Positions 7,898 to 15,138 of a stretch of 16,597 nucleotides of DNA are shown one piece after another. A program made the translations under genes and the position numbers. The stretch spans positions 1 to 16,597 of the forward strand of contig JAZDMQ010000042.1 of the NCBI GenBank assembly GCA_043800755.1. Direction: 5' to 3'. Below the pieces are notes generated by a model that worked only from the letters and a program-made list of their open reading frames with translations, did no database searches and was not told the origin of the DNA. This DNA is from a bacterium. Its GTDB lineage: Bacteria; Methylomirabilota; Methylomirabilia; CAVQYV01. Positions within the stretch are counted from its first letter, which is position 1, and every line of letters begins with the position of its first letter.

Positions 7898-8851
7898 CTA
7901 AACATCCCCTAATGAAGCGACGAACCGACCCTGCCTCCCTTGGGGGGCCTTGACTTCGGTGTATGTCCCGATGGTCTTCTGGATCTCCGCAATTCTGTCT
8001 CCTGGCGATGGGTGAGTTTTGGCAAAGTCCAACCCGCCAGGGGTGAGTCTTTGTTGCATGACCTTGAGCATGTCCACCAGACCATTGGGACTGTATCCCA
8101 CCCGCTTGAGAATGGCCACGGCCGCCCCATCGGCCTGCGACTCGAAAGCCCGGGAGTAGCCGTTATTGACCAGGGTGGTGGTGATGTCACTCAGAGAATT
8201 TTCAAAGACCTGGGTGAGCTGAGCAAGGTTCTCTCCCCCAAAGGACTTGCCGCCCTCCAAGGCGATGGTGGTCAGGGCCTCGGTGACCCGGGATTTCTGG
8301 ATGGCCTGTAGGCCGTGCTTGTACTGGACATGCCCAATCTCGTGAGCCAGGACTGCGGCCACGGCGTCCTCGTGCTTGCAGCACCGTAACATCCCTCGGG
8401 TGACGAAAATGAGACCGCCTGGCGCCGCAAAGGCGTTGATCTCGTCGGAGTCGAGGATGCTGAAATGATATCCACCAAAGGTCTCCGGTAAATCGCTCGC
8501 CTGGGCCAGCGTCTGGCCTAACACATTGAGGTACATCGTGGCCTTTTCTTGGTGGCAGGGATTGTACTTGCCAACCAGGACTGCGCCCACCGCCCGGCCA
8601 ATATAGTACTCCTGCTCCGGTGTAATATCCTGAAAGGTCTTGGCAACGGCCTCAGTGCTCTTCACGATGGAGGAGGCCTGAGACTGATCAATGACACCGC
8701 TCGCCACTCCGATGGAGGTGCCGACTTTGGCGATGGATCCTGCGGCACTGCACCCGGAAAAGAGCAGCGAAGAGCACAGCATCAGCCCAACGGCACCCGC
8801 CGCCCATGCTAAAAAGAACGCAGCCGCTCTCAACTGACCTCGGCTTGTCAT
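7898..8851 (-). CDS. M48-family zinc metallopeptidase, predicted lipoprotein
   Basis: Lipobox LFSG-C, INAFAAPGG, HEIGH, YSRAFESQAD and THPSPGDR motifs. Confidence 0.93.
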   Translation of the reverse strand: MTSRGQLRAAAFFLAWAAGAVGLMLCSSLLFSGCSAAGSIAKVGTSIGVASGVIDQSQASSIVKSTEAVAKTFQDITPEQEYYIGRAVGAVLVGKYNPCHQEKATMYLNVLGQTLAQASDLPETFGGYHFSILDSDEINAFAAPGGLIFVTRGMLRCCKHEDAVAAVLAHEIGHVQYKHGLQAIQKSRVTEALTTIALEGGKSFGGENLAQLTQVFENSLSDITTTLVNNGYSRAFESQADGAAVAILKRVGYSPNGLVDMLKVMQQRLTPGGLDFAKTHPSPGDRIAEIQKTIGTYTEVKAPQGRQGRFVASLGDV

Positions 8852-9345
8852 TTCGCACCCCCTTCCGGGGATAAATCGCCAACCTCTACGAACTCCTGCA
8901 TCTGGGCTTGGCTCACCACGATCTTTTCCATCTGGTCGATCCAGGCAAAGTTGGCATCTTTGCGCTTGGACTTGAATTCTCGCTCCACATCCGCATTGAA
9001 TCCCTTGCCCGCCAAGGCGATCTCATCGCTGGAAGCCGTCTGCTCCACATTCTTTGCGCCCGCTTTAAGCACTATCTTTTTGGTAGTAATCGCCGAACTG
9101 TGCATCCATCCCTCGCGGACTTTTCCGGCCAGGCTCACTTTCGTCCATCCGCCTTGCTTCCCGAGCAGTTCGACCCGGTCGCCGTAACCAAGTGTTGCGA
9201 TCACCGTGCCCAGAAACGAGGGTGCGGATCGGACATGTCCCTCCTTCACTTGCACGGTCACGAGCTTCGGCCCGGCCGCATAAGCGATCAGGGCCGCAAC
9301 TACGACCAAGAGGACCGCAATGTAAAATGGTCTCAGCCGGCTCAT
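8848..9345 (-). CDS. Secreted bacterial SH3-domain protein
   Basis: The likely start is ATG 9345, since the track's TTG 9414 coincides with a -35 box. It has a signal peptide, an SH3b pattern (VRSAPS...GDRVELL...GWTKV...EGWMH) and a C-terminal EIALAGKGFN segment. The stop overlaps the M48 start. Confidence 0.88.
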   Translation of the reverse strand: MSRLRPFYIAVLLVVVAALIAYAAGPKLVTVQVKEGHVRSAPSFLGTVIATLGYGDRVELLGKQGGWTKVSLAGKVREGWMHSSAITTKKIVLKAGAKNVEQTASSDEIALAGKGFNADVEREFKSKRKDANFAWIDQMEKIVVSQAQMQEFVEVGDLSPEGGAK

Positions 9346-9385
9346 TTCGCACGCCCCTTTCTCCAAAATGACCCACAACGGGAGA

Positions 9386-9414
9386 AAGATATTCCCATTT
9401 CCTCGATGCGTCAA
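9386..9414 (-). promoter_or_regulatory. Sigma70-type promoter for the SH3-M48-cyclase operon
   Basis: TTGACG (9414-9409), 17-nt spacer, TATCTT (9391-9386). Confidence 0.6.
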
Positions 9415-9489
9415 GCGGTGAGTAGGGGTGTCCCTGCATTTGCTGGCGGGAATAGCGGGTCAAGAAAGGCCAACTCCTTCAGCAAAGTC

Positions 9490-9527
9490 CCTCCGACTAT
9501 CCTCCGACTATCCCAAAGCCTATCCCA
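9490..9527. repeat. 11-bp tandem duplication CCTCCGACTAT x2 with three phased CTATCC motifs
   Basis: Copies at 9490-9500 and 9501-9511. CTATCC starts at 9497, 9508 and 9520, in the divergent promoter region. Confidence 0.75.
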
Positions 9528-9566
9528 GATCAGACTCAATCCTGTGGTCCTGGATGTAAGTACTTC

Positions 9567-9601
9567 TTGACGGATTCACCACATTGTTATATGTGATCAC
9601 A
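9567..9601 (+). promoter_or_regulatory. gntR promoter with overlapping palindromic operator TGTGATCACA
   Basis: TTGACG 9567-9572, 17-nt spacer, weak -10 TATGTG 9590-9595. A perfect 10-bp palindrome at 9592-9601 ends 1 nt before the ATG. Confidence 0.6.
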
Positions 9602-9602
9602 C

Positions 9603-10262
9603 ATGCGGTTTTCTAAGGTATCGACCAAGACACTGAGGCAACAGGTTTATGATCAGCTACGGGGAAAGATCATCTCCGCCGGTGTTTTGCCCGGGGAAAC
9701 CCTGACATTGAGGGGGCTGGCAGACGAGTTCGGGGTAAGCCTGATGCCGGTCCGGGAGGCCTTGTGGCAGCTCGAATCGGAGAAGATCGTCCTAATCGAG
9801 AGCAACAAAAGGATCCAGGTAAACACCCTGGCACCGCAGGAGATGAAGGAGATCCTCCAGATTCGGCTCCTCTTGGAATCCATGGCGGCGGATAGGTCTT
9901 GTGAGCTGCGGCCAGACAACGCCCTTCTCAAGGCCAAGGCCCTTTTGGAGCAAATGTTCGTTCATATCCAGAGATCCACCAAGAGATACCTCATGGCCAA
10001 CTCCGCCTTCCACTCCACTATTTACTCCTACTCCGATTCACCCGTTCTAATGCGATTCATTGACCTGTTGTGGGCGCGAGAAGGCCCCTATTTTCATCTC
10101 CTCGCCCTTAAGGGCCAGGATCTTGCTCCTACCCTGAAATATCACGAAGGGATGTACGAGGCCTGGGTGGAGCGGGACAAGAATAGGATGAGGCGGTTCT
10201 TAAAGCAAGACCTGACCGATGCCGCCAATGCTATCCTTTCTTTCCTGGAAAGCCCGGATTGA
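9603..10262 (+). CDS. GntR-family transcriptional regulator (FCD domain)
   Basis: wHTH LADEFGVSLMPVREALWQLESE. FCD features R..LE, N..FH and H near the C-terminus. Confidence 0.95.
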   Translation: MRFSKVSTKTLRQQVYDQLRGKIISAGVLPGETLTLRGLADEFGVSLMPVREALWQLESEKIVLIESNKRIQVNTLAPQEMKEILQIRLLLESMAADRSCELRPDNALLKAKALLEQMFVHIQRSTKRYLMANSAFHSTIYSYSDSPVLMRFIDLLWAREGPYFHLLALKGQDLAPTLKYHEGMYEAWVERDKNRMRRFLKQDLTDAANAILSFLESPD

Positions 10263-10452
10263 AAGGCGTGGACTACAGCAGGGGGAACTCTCCTTTGTTC
10301 GGAGACCTGAGGATTTCCCGAATTGAACTGAAGGAGGTTAGCGTTGCGATCCGGCGTCCGGAATGAGGGAAGCTTGGGCGAAAGATTCTCGCATTTTCTC
10401 TCTTTTCATCAACTGACCAAAGGATAGGAACAGAAATGGAAAGGAATAGAAC

Positions 10453-11988
10453 ATGGCAGAGCCTCCCAAGAAATTGAGATACTGCGTCAATGGACAGTGG
10501 CTGGAATCCAAGACCGGGAAATATATGGACTGCTACGATCCCTCCACCGGCGAGGTGATCGCCCTCGCGCCTCAGTGCAGCCCAGAGGAGGTGAAATCCG
10601 CAATTCAATCCGCGAAGGAGGCCTTCCCCGTCTGGTCTGACACCCCACCGAACCGCAGGGTGCAGATCCTCTTTCGCATGAAGGCCCTCCTGGATCAACA
10701 CCTGGAGGAGCTGACCTACATCCTGGCCCGGGAGAACGGGAAGGTTCTGGATGAGGCGATGGGGGATGTCCTGAAGGTGACGGAGGTGGTCGAGTTCGCC
10801 TGCGGCATCCCGCATTTGATGACCGGCCCCGCCCTGATGAACTGCACCCCCGGATACGACACCACCCAGTATCGAACACCCCTGGGCGTCTTTGTCGGCA
10901 TCGCCCCTTGGAACTTCCCGGCCATGATCCCCATGGGCTGGATGGCCCCCCTCTGCATTGCCACCGGCAATACCTTCATCCTGAAGGCAGCCAGCTTTGT
11001 CCCTCAGACCGCCATGCGTATCCTGGAGCTTTGGCAGGAGGCAGGATTGCCCAGGGGGGTGATCAACCTGGTCACCTGCAGCCGAAAGGAGGCGGAGATC
11101 CTCCTGACCCATCCCGATGTGAAGGGGGTCAGCTTTGTCGGTTCCAATGCGGTGGGCCTGCGGGTCTATGCCACGGCCGCGGCGGCCGGCAAGCGGGTTC
11201 AGGCCTTGACCGAGGCCAAGAACCACGCCCTGGTGCTCCAGGACTGCGCCCTGGAGCGGACGGCCCGTGGAATCGTCAACTCCTCCTGTGGGTGCGCCGG
11301 GGAGCGGTGCATGGCCCTGCCCTCAGTAGTGGCCGAAGAAGGCATTGCCGATCCCCTGGTCGCCCTGCTGAAGAGATTCATGTCCGAGCTGAAGATCGGC
11401 CCCGCATACGATAAATCCTCGCAGATGGGCCCATTGGTCAACGAGGAACACCGCCAGTTCGTCCTGGGCTGGATCGAGAAAGGGATCCAGGAGGGGGCTC
11501 ATCTGGTCCTGGATGGCCGTAAGGTCACGGTCCCCGGATACGAGAGAGGCTTCTATCTGGGGCCCACCCTCTTCGATCATGTAAAACCGGGGATGACGGT
11601 GGGGGACATGGAGATCTTTGGGCCGGTCCTATGCGTCGAGCGTGTGAAGGACTTTGAGGAAGGCCTCTCCCTGATGAACAATAGCGAGTACGGCAACGGC
11701 TCCGCCATCTACACCCAGAGTGGGCACTTCGCCCGGGAGTTCGCCAAACGCACCCACGGCGGCATGGTGGGGGTCAATGTGGGCATCCCCGTGCCTCTGG
11801 GCATCTTCGGCTTCACCGGTCACAAGGCCTCCTTCTTCGGCGACTTGCACACCATGGGTACGGATGGCGTCCGGTTTTTCACCGAACTGAAGAGCGTCAC
11901 CACTCACTGGTTCTCCGAGGAGGAAGCCCGGGAGTGTAAGGTCCTGAATACCTGGGATGGCATGATCTCCATGCCCGATCGAGGATAG
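10453..11988 (+). CDS. mmsA: CoA-acylating (methyl)malonate-semialdehyde dehydrogenase (MmsA/IolA family)
   Basis: ALDH fold: GIAPWNFPAMIP, SFVGS, RVQALTEAKNH (no ELGGK Glu), catalytic GCAGERCMA, EIFGPV, GMVGVNVGIPVP and SFFGDLH. Confidence 0.9.
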   Translation: MAEPPKKLRYCVNGQWLESKTGKYMDCYDPSTGEVIALAPQCSPEEVKSAIQSAKEAFPVWSDTPPNRRVQILFRMKALLDQHLEELTYILARENGKVLDEAMGDVLKVTEVVEFACGIPHLMTGPALMNCTPGYDTTQYRTPLGVFVGIAPWNFPAMIPMGWMAPLCIATGNTFILKAASFVPQTAMRILELWQEAGLPRGVINLVTCSRKEAEILLTHPDVKGVSFVGSNAVGLRVYATAAAAGKRVQALTEAKNHALVLQDCALERTARGIVNSSCGCAGERCMALPSVVAEEGIADPLVALLKRFMSELKIGPAYDKSSQMGPLVNEEHRQFVLGWIEKGIQEGAHLVLDGRKVTVPGYERGFYLGPTLFDHVKPGMTVGDMEIFGPVLCVERVKDFEEGLSLMNNSEYGNGSAIYTQSGHFAREFAKRTHGGMVGVNVGIPVPLGIFGFTGHKASFFGDLHTMGTDGVRFFTELKSVTTHWFSEEEARECKVLNTWDGMISMPDRG

Positions 11989-12162
11989 AACGCCGTGAGG
12001 GGATGGAGAAGGGATGCACCGTGGGACACCTGATTGCTCCTAAACGCCTTCCCTCGATCCATTCTTCGGGAGGACTTCAGAGCCCATTTTCTTGAAGGCC
12101 CCCCAGACCTGGAGAGCCTCTTATTAACGGTTCGATAGACCAATCCATCACGGGAGGTTCAT

Positions 12163-13854
12163 TTGGGAAGCGGAAATCGATCCAGGATGTCGGGGGCGAG
12201 GTTCATCGCCGAGACCCTCAAAGGGTATGGCATCAGCCACGTCTTCTGGGTGGAGACGATTCTGAGACAAACCCTGGTGGAGATGGAGGCCATCGGGATT
12301 CGCCGGGTATTGACCCACTCTGAGAAGGCGGCAGTCTACATGGCCGATGGTTACGCCCGGGCCAGCGGCCGGCCTTCCCTCTGCATGGCCCAATCGGTGG
12401 GGGCCGCCAATCTCGCCTCAGGACTTCAGGATGGTTTCCTCGGCGGCTCGCCCATCATCGCCCTCACCGGGTTCAAGCCCCATCTGGCCCAGTATCGCCA
12501 TGCTTATCAGGAGATCCTCCACCACGTCATGTTCGATCCGGTCACCAAATGGAACGCCCGGGTGGACACCATCGAGCAGTTGCCCTACCTGCTCCGCCAG
12601 GCCTTCCGGGAGGCGACCTCCGGCGCTCCCGGCCCGGTGCATCTGGACCTGTTGGGCTTTGCGGGAGAGCTAATCGATAAAGCCGAGGCGGACCTGGAGG
12701 TGATCATCGAGGAGCCCTTCACCCATTCCCCGGCCTTCCGTCCCGAGCCCGATGGAGAAATGGTGGAAGAGGCGGCCCGCCTCCTTGAGACCGCAGAGCG
12801 GCCGGTCATCGTGGCAGGCGGAGGGGCAATTACCTCTTCGGCAGGGCCGGAGATCCTGTCGCTGGCCGAGCGCCTCTCCATCCCCGTGGCCACCTCCCTG
12901 ACCGGGAAGGGAGTGATGTCTGACCACCATCCTTTGAGCGTCGGCGTCGTTGGCTCCTACTCCAAGGGGTGCGCCAACCACATCGTCTCCGAGGCCGACC
13001 TGGTCCTCTTCATCGGCAGCCATACCGGGGATCAGACGACCCATGGCTGGACGGTTCCCCCACCGGGGACCCCGGTGATCCAGATCGACATCGACCCCAG
13101 GGAGCTGGGGAGGAGTTACCCCAATCGTGTCCCCCTACTTGGAGATGCTAAGGTCACGGCCCGCCGACTGGCGGAGGCGGTCCGTCCCAAGGCCACGGCC
13201 AGTAGATGGGCGGATCACGCCCGGAAGCTCGTCCAGGAGCGGCGATCTGAGGTGGAGCCCCTGCGGAGATCCGATGCCATCCCCATACGCCCGGAGCGGC
13301 TCTGCAAGGAGCTGACGGACCTCCTCCCCGCCGATGCCATCCTCGTCGCCGACACGGGGTTCGCCGCCGTCTGGACCGGAACAATGGTCTACCTCACCCA
13401 ACCGGGGCAGCGCTTCCTCCGCTGCGCGGGCTCCCTGGGTTGGGCCTTCCCCGCTGCTCTGGGGGCCAAATGCGCGGCGCCCGAGCGCCCGGTCCTCTGT
13501 TTCACGGGAGATGGCGGGTTCTGGTATCACCTGAGCGAACTGGAGACCGCCTCCCGGTGCGGCATTCCAACTGTAACCGTGGTAAACAACAACAGCGGTC
13601 TGGGCCAGTGCTGGGCGCTCATCAAGGCCGCCTATGGGGATCGGCCCGGGAAGTGGGAGGAGATGACCCGGTTTCGGGAGGTGAGCTTCGCTCGGATCGC
13701 CGAGGAGATGGGGTGTCTCGGCATTCGAGTGGAGAAGCCGGAAGGGATCCGGGGGGCCCTGGAGAGGGCCCTGCAGGCGGATCGGCCTGCAGTAGTGGAG
13801 GTCATCACTGACCCGCAAGCCGATCCTGCGCCCGCCTGGGCACCCCGGTGGTGA
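12163..13854 (+). CDS. Thiamine-diphosphate-dependent enzyme (acetolactate-synthase-like superfamily), substrate unknown
   Basis: Catalytic Glu (HSEKAAVYMADGYAR), PGPVHL, IQIDIDPRELG and the ThDP motif GDGG...NNN. SD GGGAGG precedes TTG 12163; ATG 12187 is an alternative start. Confidence 0.92.
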   Translation: MGSGNRSRMSGARFIAETLKGYGISHVFWVETILRQTLVEMEAIGIRRVLTHSEKAAVYMADGYARASGRPSLCMAQSVGAANLASGLQDGFLGGSPIIALTGFKPHLAQYRHAYQEILHHVMFDPVTKWNARVDTIEQLPYLLRQAFREATSGAPGPVHLDLLGFAGELIDKAEADLEVIIEEPFTHSPAFRPEPDGEMVEEAARLLETAERPVIVAGGGAITSSAGPEILSLAERLSIPVATSLTGKGVMSDHHPLSVGVVGSYSKGCANHIVSEADLVLFIGSHTGDQTTHGWTVPPPGTPVIQIDIDPRELGRSYPNRVPLLGDAKVTARRLAEAVRPKATASRWADHARKLVQERRSEVEPLRRSDAIPIRPERLCKELTDLLPADAILVADTGFAAVWTGTMVYLTQPGQRFLRCAGSLGWAFPAALGAKCAAPERPVLCFTGDGGFWYHLSELETASRCGIPTVTVVNNNSGLGQCWALIKAAYGDRPGKWEEMTRFREVSFARIAEEMGCLGIRVEKPEGIRGALERALQADRPAVVEVITDPQADPAPAWAPRW

Positions 13855-13866
13855 CGCGGCATCAGA

Positions 13867-13920
13867 CACATTCACCGGAGTGTGCCCCGCAATCCCCGCC
13901 CTGTGGGCGGGGAGCTTCAC
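13867..13920 (+). mobile_element. Double hairpin resembling an IS200/IS605-family right end (orphan); may also serve as a terminator between convergent genes
   Basis: CACATTC-accg-GAGTGTG, then the perfect stem TCCCCGCCC-tgt-GGGCGGGGA followed by GCTTCAC. No transposase in the window. Confidence 0.5.
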
Positions 13921-13972
13921 CTTAACTCTTAAGACCCCTTTACCCACCCCAGCGTGCTGAGTCGAACACCCC

Positions 13973-14775
13973 TCACCTACCCCGATGCGGCGGGGGTGGA
14001 GCGTATCCACCGTCGTCCCAGAGGCGATTTCTCGTCTGCAAAGGGGTATCCAGCAGGGGGTGATCCCAATCCGGCAAAGGGTAGCGCGCCACTCGTACTT
14101 GATGAGGATGGTCTCCGTCGCCTGCGCCTCCGGCTCGAAGGCGACGACCCGCGAAGGCGAGTACTCTTCATGGCCGTAGCCTGTGCCGGCGCTCTCCATT
14201 TTACTGTCCGCAGGTGCCTCCCGCTTCGGCTTCTGGGCATGCGGGGCTGCCGCGCCCGATCGCTCGCGGGAAAGTTCTGTTGGCGGTTCCATGAGTACAT
14301 ATCTTTCCACTTCCGGGTAGACCGCCACGGCGATCACCCCCATCGCACTCCCATCGCCGAAGGCGACAGCGTAAGAGTCGGCCGCATCGGTGAAGTAAAA
14401 CCGGTTCACCCGGTCGCTTCCGGTCCGCCATCCCCGATACTCGCCCGTCTCGTAGGGGCCAAGGATGTACATCCGTTCGCTGTTTCGCAGCCACGATTTC
14501 TTGCCGCTGATGATATTCCGACCGTCCACCGCAATAATGAGCCCCACCCGGCGGGCGAGAAGGTTCCGCACCAGGATGGTGTACTCGTCCCCCTTCACCG
14601 CCTCTGCATAGACCTTCTTCTTCGCATAGCTCGCCGTCGTCGGATAGAAAGGAAGGCTCCAACCGTGGTCGGTCCGGATCTCCACCTGCACCCAGTCCCC
14701 CACGGTCGCCCCCAGGGCCGGGCCGGAGCCCAGGAGCAGCACCACTGCCATCGTCAACACTATAATCCGTTTCAT
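13973..14775 (-). pseudogene. Secreted hypothetical protein with a frameshift near its C-terminus (~14040-14060)
   Basis: ATG 14775 with SD GGAGG, signal peptide, and motifs AVDGRNIISG, GWRT, MGVIAVAVY and AGTGYG. A natural-looking end, LQTRNRLWDDGGYAPPPPHRGR* (stop 13973-13975), lies in the -1 frame. The 554-aa track ORF is read-through antisense into the ThDP gene. Confidence 0.75.
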
Positions 14776-14816
14776 CTCGCACCTCCGTGGTATGGTCAAT
14801 AATCGCTTCTTTACTA

Positions 14817-14845
14817 TTGGACAGGAGGAGCGGGATAAAAGTTCC
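14817..14845 (-). promoter_or_regulatory. ECF (RpoE/AlgU-type) sigma promoter
   Basis: GGAACTT, 16 nt, GTCCAA, ending about 40 nt upstream of ATG 14775. Confidence 0.55.
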
Positions 14846-15104
14846 GGAAAAGGACTTTCTAATTTGTCCGGTTCGAGGTTTGAGGGGCACGTGGTTCGGG
14901 GTGGGTCGTTCGAGGCTCATGTTTGCCTTACCTTCGGGAAGGTCAATATGTCGGCAGGGGCTTACAATTCGCGCGGGGTTAGCCAAAGCGCGGGAAGGCG
15001 ATGGGGAACTCCTCCGGCAAGAATGAGGGAAGGTAGAATACCTTTGAACAGACAACGGCCGCGGATGCTTAACAGTCGGGAATTTGCAAAAATGTCAACA
15101 GTAA

Positions 15105-15131
15105 AGACCTGACCCCATTTCCCATTTCCAT
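15105..15131 (-). repeat. REP-like motif GGGGTCAGGTCT with adjacent CCCATTT stutter
   Basis: AGACCTGACCCC at 15105-15116 on the plus strand, running into CCCATTT-CCCATTT-CCAT. Confidence 0.55.
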
Positions 15132-15138
15132 CGGGTGG

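Noticed and set aside
9346..9414. N-terminal extension of the SH3 protein from TTG 9414
   Set aside because: That TTG is part of the predicted -35 box. ATG 9345 has an SD-like sequence and begins a proper signal peptide.
10273..11226. 317-aa minus-strand ORF and the other long antisense or alternate-frame ORFs (e.g. 8908..9570, 13954..14802, 14201..15055, 7304..7882, 2586..3164)
   Set aside because: These are shadow ORFs of GC-rich genes that have clear family motifs in another frame. They have no motifs of their own.
12163..13854. Assigning ilvB or iolD
   Set aside because: There is no regulatory subunit and no other ilv or iol genes in the window. The motifs support only the superfamily.
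13135..13972. C-terminal half of the 554-aa minus-strand ORF as a real protein
   Set aside because: It is antisense to a well-formed ThDP enzyme gene and is explained by a frameshift near 14050.
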